The translations under genes were made by a program, and so were the position numbers. The notes beneath the pieces are model-generated. The model was not told the DNA's origin. It searched no databases and saw only the letters and a program-made list of their open reading frames with translations. Below, piece by piece: positions 1 to 10,100 of a stretch of DNA of 64,000 nucleotides. The stretch is from Candidatus Bathyarchaeia archaeon (GTDB taxonomy: Archaea; Thermoproteota; Bathyarchaeia; 40CM-2-53-6), in the NCBI GenBank assembly GCA_050013255.1, contig JBEKFP010000002.1, positions 320,001 to 384,000 on the forward strand, read 5' to 3'. Position 1 is the stretch's first letter. Every line of letters begins with the position of its first letter.

Positions 1-223
1 CTACAAGAGGCTCCAAATCCAGATCGCCACTCTCGAGCTCAATCGCCACATCAATAGATACAACTAGTGGCTTGTCGCCCACCGCCTCAATCGTCACGTC
101 GAGGTCGCTGATTTGCTTCACAGAAATCCTGGACAACAGGTGTTTTCGCGCAGCTTCTTGCGCGGCTTCGCATATTTGTTCAACCTCTTCTGCTGTTGGT
201 TTTCTCTTGAACTCAATACTCAT
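1..223 (-). CDS. DUF3194-like small archaeal protein (3' end runs off the window)
   Basis: Manual translation from ATG at 223 gives MSIEFKRKPTAEEVEQICEAAQEAARKHLLSRISVKQISDLDVTIEAVGDKPL...; it sits directly downstream of prefoldin beta, the usual position of this family. Confidence 0.65.
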   Translation of the reverse strand, partial: MSIEFKRKPTAEEVEQICEAAQEAARKHLLSRISVKQISDLDVTIEAVGDKPLVVSIDVAIELESGDLDLEPLV

Positions 224-265
224 TGCGATTACTCCTTGAAACGACGTGGGGTTGGTGTAGCGGCT

Positions 266-637
266 TTACGGCTGTGTGGGGCGCCTAGGTCCCTGTAGCC
301 GTTCCTGAAGCTTCTCTTGGGCATCTTTCAACCTCTCCCTAGTCCTTTCCTCTTGTTTTCCGAGGACCGTGACTCGTGTCGTCAGAAGCTCCTTTCGCTC
401 CTTCAGTTCGGTTAGCAGGTTCTGCCTGTTGGATTTGACAAGTATGCTGCCCACGCTTTTGTAGACAGGGGTTTCGTCAGTTGCCTTCTCAAGTTCAGCT
501 AAGGCTTTGTCAGTCTCATTCAATTCGGCGTCCAGCTGCTGCTTTTGCGATGTCACGGACTGTAGCGTTTGTTGAAGTTGTTGGAGACGAACCAATTGTT
601 CCTGGACTTGCGGTGGTAGCTCTACTTCTTCGCCCAA
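266..637 (-). CDS. pfdB: Prefoldin subunit beta
   Basis: LPPQVQEQLVRLQQLQQ N-terminus, coiled coils around the VYKSVGSILVK beta-hairpin. Confidence 0.95.
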   Translation of the reverse strand: MGEEVELPPQVQEQLVRLQQLQQTLQSVTSQKQQLDAELNETDKALAELEKATDETPVYKSVGSILVKSNRQNLLTELKERKELLTTRVTVLGKQEERTRERLKDAQEKLQERLQGPRRPTQP

Positions 638-774
638 AACTTATGCCTTCATAACTCGCGCGAATTCGCGTAGCCATAAGACGGCGGCTAATTAAGCATT
701 TCAGACCTTCCGGCACTTTTCCTCAACTCTCCAAGCTAAATCCAAAGTCCGTCCAACAGCCTATTGATCATGAG

Positions 775-1095
775 ATGATAACGAACAGCGGCAGGCACAT
801 ACAGATAGTGGAGAAACGCTTTTGCTCGAAGTGCAACGTCTTCACCGACCAAATCTGTCACAGGGTCCGGTACCAAGACAACGAAGCCCAGGCCGGAACA
901 CTGATCAAGAAGAGTAACTGGGTCTGCCCCACCTGCCTCACCGACACAGAAGACGTGAAGGTCCAGCCGCTACCCGGCGACAAAGTGAGAATCATAAACA
1001 GAATACTCAAGATGCAAGACGACTACGCAATCCAATCCATGAGCATCTCATCACACCCGGAGAAGTTAGTTGTCGAGATAACCATCAAGGAGTAG
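775..1095 (+). CDS. Hypothetical zinc-ribbon protein
   Basis: 106 aa ORF with CSKC and CPTC pairs, filling an intergenic gap; no family recognised. Confidence 0.6.
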   Translation: MITNSGRHIQIVEKRFCSKCNVFTDQICHRVRYQDNEAQAGTLIKKSNWVCPTCLTDTEDVKVQPLPGDKVRIINRILKMQDDYAIQSMSISSHPEKLVVEITIKE

Positions 1096-1149
1096 CCAAG
1101 GCTAACGCACATCCCTCTCTTTTAAATCCGGAAGCAAAGAATACGAGGC

Positions 1150-2286
1150 GTGACGTTTCACCGGGGAAATCGTCGAATGCCTGATTTAGTCAAAAAGAAC
1201 ATCGAGATAGACGATGAAACAGGGGCCATAAGCGGATCCCTCACCTACGCGAACGCGAAGATTCCTGTCCCAAACAAGTTCGCAACCACAACAGAATTGA
1301 ATGCAACTAGGTTGGTTGGGTTAAAGCAAGATTTTCCAACCGAAATCGTGATCGCGGGAAAACTGATCTACCCCGAGACGCTGAAGCGTATATTGAAGGA
1401 GGAGGAATTCCTCAAACAGTTCGCGAGGCGGCTCGCACGGGAGACCTCGACTCATGAAGACGCGTTGAGCATGCTCTTTCTTGTACTGAAGGGCGAAGCC
1501 GCGGTTGTTGAATCAAGCGACTTGCGGACGGTTCTCGACCTTCAATATTTCTCTGACATGGACGTAGTCACTGTCCAACAGAGCCCAGGCGTGTCCCCGA
1601 AGGATTTCTTGCTCCTCTACCGTTTTGCTGAACGTTGGCTGGATAATAGGGGCTTGGACAAGCCGCTCATGCCGGTCTTTAGGCCTACTGAGACGAAGCA
1701 GGAGTTCGATAAGATTCTGGGGCAGGTGTTGAAGAGGGGTAGTAAACTGATTGGGTTTGATATGAGGGGAGGGTTCTACTACCAAGCTCTTCGCTCATTA
1801 GAGGAGGCGAAGAAGAAGGACCCGAGCCTCTGGGTCCATGTATTCCAGGTTCCGCCGAAGATTCGCTTCGCTAGGAGCATGCTTCGTTGCTCGGAGGGTA
1901 TGATGCTCCCACTCCTTGGGGTAGACAGTTTCAACAGGTGGGTTGTACCGCCCCCTCCCGTTCCGCTCACGAAGGACAAGATCAATAGGTTCGATTCCAC
2001 GAACTGGGGGGTCTTCAAGCGAAAGGAATGGACGGAACAGTACGGCCCAACCTTACACTGCACATGCCCCATGTGCAGCAAGCAGAAGCTCCCTACTTTC
2101 TACTTAGGACAGGTGCTAACAGTCTTGGGGAGGAGTAAGGTACACGACCACTACGCTCAACGGGAACAGCTCCTGCAATTGTCATCCCACGTGAAGAGCG
2201 GAAACGTGAAGAGCTTCGTTTCCAGGAAGAAGTATCCAAAGGACTTTCTCGCTCAGGTAACGAAGTCGGAATCGGAGGCGGGCTAA
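1150..2286 (+). CDS. Divergent tRNA-guanine transglycosylase (TGT)-fold protein
   Basis: N-terminal GSLTYANAKIPVP resembles TGT GxLxxxxxxIxTP; GVDSF resembles GVDMFD; C-terminal CTCPMC...H zinc site. The DSGG catalytic motif is not visible. TATA-like TTTTAAAT near 1120. Confidence 0.6.
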   Translation: MTFHRGNRRMPDLVKKNIEIDDETGAISGSLTYANAKIPVPNKFATTTELNATRLVGLKQDFPTEIVIAGKLIYPETLKRILKEEEFLKQFARRLARETSTHEDALSMLFLVLKGEAAVVESSDLRTVLDLQYFSDMDVVTVQQSPGVSPKDFLLLYRFAERWLDNRGLDKPLMPVFRPTETKQEFDKILGQVLKRGSKLIGFDMRGGFYYQALRSLEEAKKKDPSLWVHVFQVPPKIRFARSMLRCSEGMMLPLLGVDSFNRWVVPPPPVPLTKDKINRFDSTNWGVFKRKEWTEQYGPTLHCTCPMCSKQKLPTFYLGQVLTVLGRSKVHDHYAQREQLLQLSSHVKSGNVKSFVSRKKYPKDFLAQVTKSESEAG

Positions 2287-2903
2287 AGCTTCGCCTCAGC
2301 CATCTTAGTCATCAGGGCTCGAAGGTCAACTTCCGAATTCGTTCTCCAACCCAGCGCCATCACACCTGCATCATCTTCCTCGAGGTATCCTGTTCGGAGG
2401 AATATGTCTACAAGTGTTGCGGCTTTCCAGCGGCCAAACTTGTGGGCGATCAGTTTCTCCAGGTCTTCGCGTGGGGCCTTGCCTTGCTTGGAGACTAAGT
2501 ATGCAAGCGATGCGCTCAGAGCTGCTAGGTTGTCAACTCGCCAACCAATCATCTTTGCTTCCTTCAGGCCTAATGTCCCTTTCAGAATGACTTGATACCT
2601 AGCTTCTTCAAGTGGACCGCCTTCAGGCGTAATCTCACCTGTTGAAGTCTCCTTCACTTTCTTTATCTCCAAATCCAGTTCGGATAATAGTTGGTTCAAC
2701 TGTTCGAGGACCTGTTCGTAATTCTTCCCCAACTTCTCCTTTAGCTCCCAATCCTTGGCGCCGGGCAGTTTGCCGCGGCGGAAGAGAAGTAGGTGCACTG
2801 CACGTTTCAGTTTGTCAGAGTAGAAACTCTTAGTTTCAGTCTTCGTCTCCGCTGTTTCCGTGGTTTCAGTAGATTTTGCTTCAGTGGTTTCCGTCGTTGC
2901 CAA
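2283..2903 (-). CDS. KITE-like tandem winged-helix protein (Nse1/Nse3/ScpB-like SMC partner)
   Basis: Third gene of the SMC operon; 206 aa; C-terminal LGWRTNSEVD resembles MAGE/Nse3 WGPRAxxE; T/E-rich N-terminal tail. Confidence 0.6.
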   Translation of the reverse strand: MATTETTEAKSTETTETAETKTETKSFYSDKLKRAVHLLLFRRGKLPGAKDWELKEKLGKNYEQVLEQLNQLLSELDLEIKKVKETSTGEITPEGGPLEEARYQVILKGTLGLKEAKMIGWRVDNLAALSASLAYLVSKQGKAPREDLEKLIAHKFGRWKAATLVDIFLRTGYLEEDDAGVMALGWRTNSEVDLRALMTKMAEAKL

Positions 2904-2908
2904 CTATC

Positions 2909-3697
2909 TCATGCCCCTCTCGGAATCGGTATCGGAAAGCTAACGCCACCCTCAATTGCCTTCTTTGAAGGTTCATCCATCGGAACCAGCAGCAGTTGCT
3001 CCCCCTCGGTTTGGAGTTTGGCATAGCCGTAGGTTACGAGGAAACTTACGAAGTAAGCCCTCTGGACCGTTTCATGGTATGACTGCGCATGAACGAATTT
3101 CCAATATTCAACTGGTTTCTGGTCTATATACTGGGCTCGAAGTTCTTCCCAGAGTGAAGTGAGGAGTTTTCCGAAATCTTCCCCTTGTATCCCCAGGCCT
3201 GACAGAATGGAAGAGTCGGCCGTGTCGGGTTTCTTGCCGCCCGAGTAATCCCTCCGTTTCCACCTCTCTGCGATAGGTAGGAGCAGGTTCCAGTAGTCGA
3301 GCGATAGGCTGACAGCTTCGTTCGTTAGCTGCTCTAGTTGTGCTAGCGGATGCCAACTCTGAAGGAACACTTCGGCAAGCCGTTTCTCGCTCATTCGCTC
3401 AACTTTACGTTTGATGAATTCGGGTTCGGCGTAGAGTGCGCTGGATTGGAATTTGAGCTGGGTGTTCTGGAGGCGGACGACCTCTGAGAGCCTGTTGAGT
3501 GTGTGTGCGTCGAGGCAGTGGTCGTCGAAGCTTTCCCAATGTGGGAAATACTCTCGAAGGGTCTCCACCCCGAGTTTAACGTCCATGAAGAAGGGGTTGA
3601 ACCTCCTCCCCGAAATCGCCTCGCAGGTCTCAATGATCTCCTCTAACTCTTTTCTGCCCGATGCGAGCGTGCGCTTCCCTTTGGGTTTCTCTGCCAA
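2909..3697 (-). CDS. Kleisin-like protein (ScpA/Nse4-like)
   Basis: 2 nt downstream of the SMC gene; N-terminal NPFFMDV resembles ScpA DPWDID; C-terminal VQRAYFVSFLVTYGYAKLQ resembles the kleisin C-terminal winged helix. Confidence 0.65.
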   Translation of the reverse strand: MAEKPKGKRTLASGRKELEEIIETCEAISGRRFNPFFMDVKLGVETLREYFPHWESFDDHCLDAHTLNRLSEVVRLQNTQLKFQSSALYAEPEFIKRKVERMSEKRLAEVFLQSWHPLAQLEQLTNEAVSLSLDYWNLLLPIAERWKRRDYSGGKKPDTADSSILSGLGIQGEDFGKLLTSLWEELRAQYIDQKPVEYWKFVHAQSYHETVQRAYFVSFLVTYGYAKLQTEGEQLLLVPMDEPSKKAIEGGVSFPIPIPRGA

Positions 3698-3699
3698 GG

Positions 3700-5652
3700 T
3701 TACTTCAGCTCGCTAACTACCGATGTTCCCGCAACGTTCTGGACTACGATCACGTGGCTGTTCTCGGTAACGTTAACCTGCCCCGGGGTGATGGCCACGT
3801 ATTGTCCTTCGGTCATGGCTCCGGAGCTCGACATGATCAGTTGCGTAACGAGTTCGCGGTTCTTAGGGTCCATGTGAACGTCAAATTCGTCGATCGCCCT
3901 GAACGGGGAGGTGATGTGTTGCTGGAGTCCTAGCAGGAAGGCCATCATAGCGATGCTGCGTTCCCCGCCACTCTGCGTAAAGGCGTCGAGGGCGGTGGGG
4001 TTGTTTCCCTTAAACCCAACCATTATTTCCACACCACATTTCTCAATATCCCTCGAGGATATGAGCCGAATAGACCCTGTTGCGCCAACGGTTCCTAGGA
4101 TTTCGTTGTAGCGCCCGGTCAATTGTTCAAGGAAGGATGAGAGCACGTCCCGCCAACGGGAGAGGCGCTTATCAAGCTCCGTAAGGACCTCCTGGCGGTT
4201 CTGGGCAACTTGGTCAGCCTTTTGCTTCAGTTCTTCGTAGACCTTCGCGTAGGACGAGTACATCTTCTCGACATCTGCCGAAAGCGTTGACAAGGGCCTC
4301 ATCTGCTCCTCGACGGCACCGATTTCTAGCATTATCTCAAGGTTCTTTCTCGGCGATTCCATCGCGGCTCCCGCCTTCTCCGCCGCAGCAACCATCGGGT
4401 CCAACTCCTCTCTGGCTAGTCGGACTTGCGCTTGGAGGTCCGCTACTTCCTCTGTGAGGAGTTTCATCTTGAACCCTGAAACCTCATACTCCACATTCGT
4501 GTCGATGAGCCTTGTAAGCGCGTCCTCGAGGCGGCCGCTAGTATCAGCCATTTTCTCGTTGAGCGCCGCCATTTTCTCCTTCACTCTAACCAGCTTGCCT
4601 TGTGAATCCTCAGCCATCTCACGCCAAGAACTCTTCATCTTGTCGAGTGATTGCAGGTCAGGCTTAGTTGGTGATGCCTCCTGCTCGGCTTCAACGGATT
4701 GGAAGTTCTGTAGGAGATTCGTAGTCCATTCAATGTTCAGTTCATGTGTTGTGAGTTGCTTCACGAGCTCAACCCGTGAATCCTCCAGCTCCATTCGTCC
4801 AAGGTTTAATTCGTCGAACTTTGCCTGGCGTTTCTTCTTTGACTCCGCCAGCTCTTGGATTTTATTTTCAATCGATTGTACAGCTCGTGTCTTCGATTCA
4901 ATTCTGGCTTCGATGTGAGTTAATGCCTCCTTCTTCCTCTGGATCCGGCTCCATAAGAGTTCCCTCTTCAGGGCTTCCAGTTTCGTCTCCAGTTGCTGTT
5001 TCTGCAGGTAGCGCCCGTATTCACGCTTCCAATAATCGTGGGTCTCCTTAGTGGATTCAAGTACCTGGGCCAGGGAATGTTCCTCGCTTGCCACGCTTTC
5101 TAAGCGTTGTCTCGCGTCGATAACTTCCTCTCTATAAGATTCGAAGCCCACGGCTTCCTCAAGCATTTTCAGCTTATCTTGTGCGGTTACGGCGGCGAAG
5201 CGGCCGACCATGAACTGGTGCATTATGACTAGTATATTGTCGGGGTTCAGGCCGAGGGAAAGCAAAACGTCGGTGATTGCGGATTTAGGCGCAGATTTGT
5301 TCTGGAGGAGGTAGTAGTACGTGCCTGTACTCTTGATTACGCGTGTGATGGTGACGAGATCGGAGTGGAATCGTGGGAATGGCCGTTTTTCGCCTGTGTT
5401 ATCGAGGATTAGTGTGACTCGGGCTTCGTCGTGCCCCCACTTAACAAGGTCGCTCAACCGCTTGGATCGTTCAGTGTAAGCTTGGCCTAGAACTACGGAG
5501 ATCGCGAGAAGGATGGAGGATTTTCCGGCTCCGTTCGGCCCACAGATGAGGTTTAGCCCCGGCTCTAAGGGGACGTATGAGTTTTCGTAGGACATGAAAT
5601 TTGTAAGCACTACGCCTTTTATCATCTGAGCCGAGCTACCGTTTGAAACCAT
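3700..5652 (-). CDS. Short SMC-family ATPase, Smc5/6-like (ClsN/Arcadin-4/Sph-type archaeal SMC-related protein)
   Basis: Walker A GPNGAGKS, Q-loop IMHQ, long coiled coil, signature QSGGERS, Walker B/D-loop SPFRAIDEFDVHMD, QYVAITP. Confidence 0.92.
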   Translation of the reverse strand: MVSNGSSAQMIKGVVLTNFMSYENSYVPLEPGLNLICGPNGAGKSSILLAISVVLGQAYTERSKRLSDLVKWGHDEARVTLILDNTGEKRPFPRFHSDLVTITRVIKSTGTYYYLLQNKSAPKSAITDVLLSLGLNPDNILVIMHQFMVGRFAAVTAQDKLKMLEEAVGFESYREEVIDARQRLESVASEEHSLAQVLESTKETHDYWKREYGRYLQKQQLETKLEALKRELLWSRIQRKKEALTHIEARIESKTRAVQSIENKIQELAESKKKRQAKFDELNLGRMELEDSRVELVKQLTTHELNIEWTTNLLQNFQSVEAEQEASPTKPDLQSLDKMKSSWREMAEDSQGKLVRVKEKMAALNEKMADTSGRLEDALTRLIDTNVEYEVSGFKMKLLTEEVADLQAQVRLAREELDPMVAAAEKAGAAMESPRKNLEIMLEIGAVEEQMRPLSTLSADVEKMYSSYAKVYEELKQKADQVAQNRQEVLTELDKRLSRWRDVLSSFLEQLTGRYNEILGTVGATGSIRLISSRDIEKCGVEIMVGFKGNNPTALDAFTQSGGERSIAMMAFLLGLQQHITSPFRAIDEFDVHMDPKNRELVTQLIMSSSGAMTEGQYVAITPGQVNVTENSHVIVVQNVAGTSVVSELK

Positions 5653-5798
5653 GGTTGCCTTTCGCTGCGTAAAAAACGTTCAGGGATTTTCGAGACCGAA
5701 CTCCATACATCGGGCTCCAATTCGCAACGCCGGCAAGAGCATTGAGTTTCAAAGACTCGAATTTTCGGTTCTTCTTATGGATCGGTGCTGGTAATCAA

Positions 5799-5815
5799 TG
5801 ACATTTGTTATGTCA
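5799..5815. promoter_or_regulatory. Inverted repeat TGACAT-N5-ATGTCA, candidate operator in the smc/gar1 divergent region
   Basis: Perfect 6-bp arms in AT-rich intergenic DNA. Confidence 0.3.
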
Positions 5816-5922
5816 ACGTTCATTTGAAGAATTGCCAATTGTTTTGAACAAAAAACCGCGAAACACGTTTAAATATGATAGCCCCTTCACGCATGCATCA
5901 CGGCGGGAGTGAAGTAGAAAGT

Positions 5923-6153
5923 TTGCAGAGGCTCGGCAAAATTCTTCATCTTTCAAGCAGCCGAAGCCTCATAGTCAAGATCGACGAAGCCCGCTTCGTC
6001 AAAATGGGAACCCGAACTTGTGACAGCAAACTGAAGGAGATAGGAAGAGTCCACGACATTTTCGGATCCGTATCCTCCCCTTACGTATCGATCAGACCCG
6101 CGGGTCCTTCGCCGGCCAAGTATGTAGGCCGCATTGCTTACTCCTTGGATTAG
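5923..6153 (+). CDS. gar1: H/ACA RNP protein Gar1/Naf1
   Basis: LGKILH...IGRVHDIFGSVSSPYVSI motif; upstream of tfb as is typical; TTG start inferred (ORF track starts at 5875). Confidence 0.88.
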   Translation: MQRLGKILHLSSSRSLIVKIDEARFVKMGTRTCDSKLKEIGRVHDIFGSVSSPYVSIRPAGPSPAKYVGRIAYSLD

Positions 6154-6168
6154 GTAGATGAGAAAAAA

Positions 6169-7125
6169 GTGTCTGAAGAAACTGATGGTGAACTAGGCGA
6201 AGCGCTACACTCAACTCAAAAGGTGCGCGTTTGCCCTGAGTGCGGCGAGCCTAAACTAATGCGCGACTACGAAGCTGCTGAAATTGTATGCATGTCCTGT
6301 GGGTTCGTGATCGATGAGAAAATTGCTGATAGCAGGCCCGAATGGAGAGCCTTCGACGACGACCAAAAAGCAAAACGGAGCAGAGTCGGCTCACCATTAA
6401 CCTACACGATTCATGACAAAGGTCTCTCAACCGTAATTGATTGGCGTGATCGACGCGTTCTCGGAAAACGAGCCACAGCTGCCCAAAGGTTAGACCTCTA
6501 CAAGCTTCGTAAATGGCAGAGTAGAGTGCGAGTTTCAGATGCTACTGAGAGAAACCTCGCCGTTGCTTTAGCTGAATTGAGTAAACTCTCTTCGGCGCTC
6601 AACCTTCCGAAGAACATCCTAGAAACGGCCTCAGTTATCTACCGAAGGGCAATCAAGAAACGTCTCATTCGCGGACGATCAATCCACAACGTAACCGCGG
6701 CAGCAATCTACATGAGTTGTAGGCAATGCGGAGTTCCGCGCACACTCGACGAAATAGCAATGTCATCTAGCCTCAACAAGAAAGACATTGGAAGGAGTTA
6801 CAGGTTTATGGTGCGTGAACTCGAAGCCTTTGTGCCCCCCTCAACGAGCAGGAACTACGCCGCCCGCTTCAGTAACAAACTGGTGATTTCCGGGAAGGCA
6901 GAGGCGATTGCGATTCGCATCCTCGAGATCGCTAAGGAGATGAAGTTAACGAGCGGCAGGGGGCCGACAGGCATTGCCGCCGCAGCCACATATATCGCCA
7001 CAGTCCTCACAAACGAGAGGAAGACCCAGCGGGAGATTGCTGAAATAGCGAACGTGACCGAGGTCACCATTAGAAACAGGTACAAAGAACTGCTCGAACG
7101 CCTGTTTATCGAAGTCCCGCTGTAG
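6169..7125 (+). CDS. tfb: Transcription initiation factor IIB
   Basis: Zn ribbon CPECG...CMSCG, PEWRAF B-reader, two cyclin repeats, VTEVTIRNRYKEL. Confidence 0.98.
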   Translation: MSEETDGELGEALHSTQKVRVCPECGEPKLMRDYEAAEIVCMSCGFVIDEKIADSRPEWRAFDDDQKAKRSRVGSPLTYTIHDKGLSTVIDWRDRRVLGKRATAAQRLDLYKLRKWQSRVRVSDATERNLAVALAELSKLSSALNLPKNILETASVIYRRAIKKRLIRGRSIHNVTAAAIYMSCRQCGVPRTLDEIAMSSSLNKKDIGRSYRFMVRELEAFVPPSTSRNYAARFSNKLVISGKAEAIAIRILEIAKEMKLTSGRGPTGIAAAATYIATVLTNERKTQREIAEIANVTEVTIRNRYKELLERLFIEVPL

Positions 7126-7137
7126 CCTAATCCGCTT

Positions 7138-10100
7138 CTACTTTTTGGTTTCGCTTTTTCCGTCCAACTTTGTCTTCTCGCATAGGCCGAACTCGTAAGT
7201 TTCCGAATTGATCTGCCAGGTCTTCGTATAGTACGGAGCATCCGTTTCCTCTTTTTTGGTACTGATTACCAGTTGTTTCGCCCGAACTTCACTGGCTATG
7301 TAAGTTCGTTTGGCCTTCAGCAGGTTCGCGGCGTCTGTTGAGGGCGGGAGAATGTAGGCGTGAACGTATGAGTCCACTTTGAGGTCCATTTCCTTCCGCA
7401 TTTGCTGCATCCGCCTTACGGCGTCTCTGGCTAAACCTTCGGCCAGTTCGCTCTTGGAAAGTTTCAGGTCTACGTAAACTGTGCCGTCTACGAATTCGGC
7501 TTTGGCGAAACGTGTGGGAGCCTCGTACTTCGAACTCGCAGCCCTGAGGGTTGGTGTAAGGGTTCGCGTGTTCGCCTGGTCAAGGAGGAGGGTTGAGTAG
7601 GTGTTCAGGGCTTTTCGAACCGGTTTGGAATCGGTTGCTACAATCACTTTGGGGACTGGTTGCCTCTGTTTCATCGATTTTTGCATGCGGGCAACTGCGA
7701 CTGTTGAAATGATATCCTTGGCTGCATTCATCTCTTCTTCGAGGGAATCGCTGATCCATTTCTCGTCGAATTTTGGCCAGTCGAGCATGTGGACGGACTG
7801 GGGGTGTCTTGGTTCGGCGTTTCTGAACATGTGTTGGTATATTGATTCGGTGAGGAAGGGCGTGATTGGAGTTAGCATGGCGAGGGCGGCCTTGAGGGCA
7901 GTGTAGAGTGTTGTGTAGGCTGCCAGCTTGTCCCGTGTCTGTTTCTCAACCCATGTTCTGCGCCTGATGAACCTGACGTACGTGTGGCTCAGATCTTCCA
8001 CGAGGAAGGTTTTGAGTTTTCGAACTGCCTCATGGATCTTGTATTCATCCATAAGCGCAGTTGCTTCCTTGATTGTTCGGTTCATTCGGCTTAGCAGCCA
8101 CCGATCCTCGGGGCGAAGGCTTCGCGTGAGCTGCTTCAAGGGGACACGGGGTGAGAACTTGTCCAAGCTCATGTAGGTGCCAGCGAAAACAAAAGTGTTC
8201 CAGAATGTGCTCAAGTCACCACTGTACTGTTTTACGGCGTCCCACGAGAAGCGAAGGTCCTCCCATAACGTGTTCTGGAGAACGTAGTACCGGAAAGAAT
8301 CGCGGCCGAATTTATCTACAACCTCATTGGCCGTGACGTAATTACCCGCGGACTTATGCATCTCACGCCCTTCGGAATCGAGCGCGAAACCGTGCATCAG
8401 GACAGTTTTGTACGGTGACTTCCCCATCGTAACCATTCCGCTTTTCAGCAGGGCAAAGAACCATGCCGTTATCTGGTCGCGCCCTTCCACGATGAAATCG
8501 GCAGGCCACCAGAATTTACTCTCTTGAGCGTTCTGGGGGTGGCCTAGGCATGCGAGTGAAGCGCCGCCCGAGTCGAACCACACATCCATAACGTCGGGGA
8601 CTCGGGTCATCTCCGCTCCACATTCGCATCGCAGCTTGACATTGTTCACCCAGGGAACGTGCAGCGTGGGCAGGTCAGGTGTTGAGGTCGCATTCTCCAA
8701 GAGTTCTTGCTTTGACCCTATGACTTTCTGTTTCCCGCAAGAATCGCATATCCAAACTGGAAAGGGTGTGCCCCAGAATCTTTGGCGTGACACGACCCAG
8801 TCCTTTAGGCCTTCAAGCCAATTCTTGAATTGAACTGCTCCTGCCCAGTCAGGAATCCAGTGTGTCGCGTCCACTTCTTTCATGAAGTCGATCTTTTTCT
8901 GCGCTATGCGTATGAGCCATTGGTCTGTTGCGCGGATCAAGAGCGGAGTCTTGCAACGCCAACATACGGGACTACGGTGTTCTATCTCTTCCGAGTGAAG
9001 CAGCATTCCTAATGATTTCAAATCGTCTATGACTTCGGGGTTCGCACTCCTAACGGGCTTCCCTGCGTATTTTCCCGCTTCGGGCACGAACTTTCCTTGA
9101 TCGTCCACCAACATGAGGACGGGTAATCCGTAGTGTACTCCAACTTCGTAATCTTCTTCGCCGTGGCCTGGGGCGGAATGGACGCATCCCGTCCCCTCAT
9201 CCAGCGTAACGTACTCCTTGCTCAGGACGACGCGGTGCGCATTCTTCAGGTTCAGTTGAATGGGAACCAATGTCTCCAGGGGGGAGCGGTACGTCACTCC
9301 ATCTAGTTGCGTTCCAGGGAAGCTTTCCAGGAGTTCTAATGTGCGGCCGGAGGCCTTGGCCACCGCTTCAATTCGCTCCTTTGCGAGTATGAATGTCTCG
9401 TTCCCAGACCGCACTCTTGCATACTGGAAGTCCGGGTTCACCATGACCGCCACATTCGACGGTAGCGTCCAAGGTGTCGTGGTCCAAATCAGTATGAACT
9501 CGTTTTGCTTGCCTTCGACCGGGAATTTCACGTAGATTGACGGGTCGCGGAGCATCTTGTACTCTAGAACGACTTCGTAATCCGAAAGGACGGTCTCGTC
9601 TTGTGGGCACCAGTGTACGACCCGCTGCCCATGCTCAAGGAGGCCCTTCGACGAGGCCTGCTTGACACCCCACCAACCGCTCTCAATATAGGAATCCTGA
9701 TGTGTCATGTAGGGCTTGGCCCAATCCATCCATATGCCAAGATCTGCGAACGCCCTACCCAACGCCGTAGAGTTCGTTTCAGCAAATAATCTGCATTCCG
9801 CGATGAAGCGTTCCAGTCCGAAGTTCTCTACGTCCTTCTTGGTTTTGATCCCGAACTTCTGTTCTATTGCGAGTTCGATAGGGAGGCCGTGGCAGTCATA
9901 TCCGGGTTGGTCCCTGACGTTGAACCCCTGCGAACGCTTGTAGCGAATGACAGTATCTTTCACGACCTTGCCCCAAGAAGTTCCAATGTGTGGGGTATCC
10001 GAACTAGGGAAGGGTGGTCCATCTAGGAAGTAGAACTTTGGGCCCTTCGCCCTAAACTTCTTCACAGCTTCATAAGTCTCTTCTTGGTCCCAGAGGCTCT

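Noticed and set aside
2283-5652. Calling the SMC locus a Wadjet (JetABCD), Lamassu or Rad50-Mre11 system
   Set aside because: No Toprim/JetD, nuclease effector or Mre11 gene is adjacent, there is no zinc hook, and the context is housekeeping.
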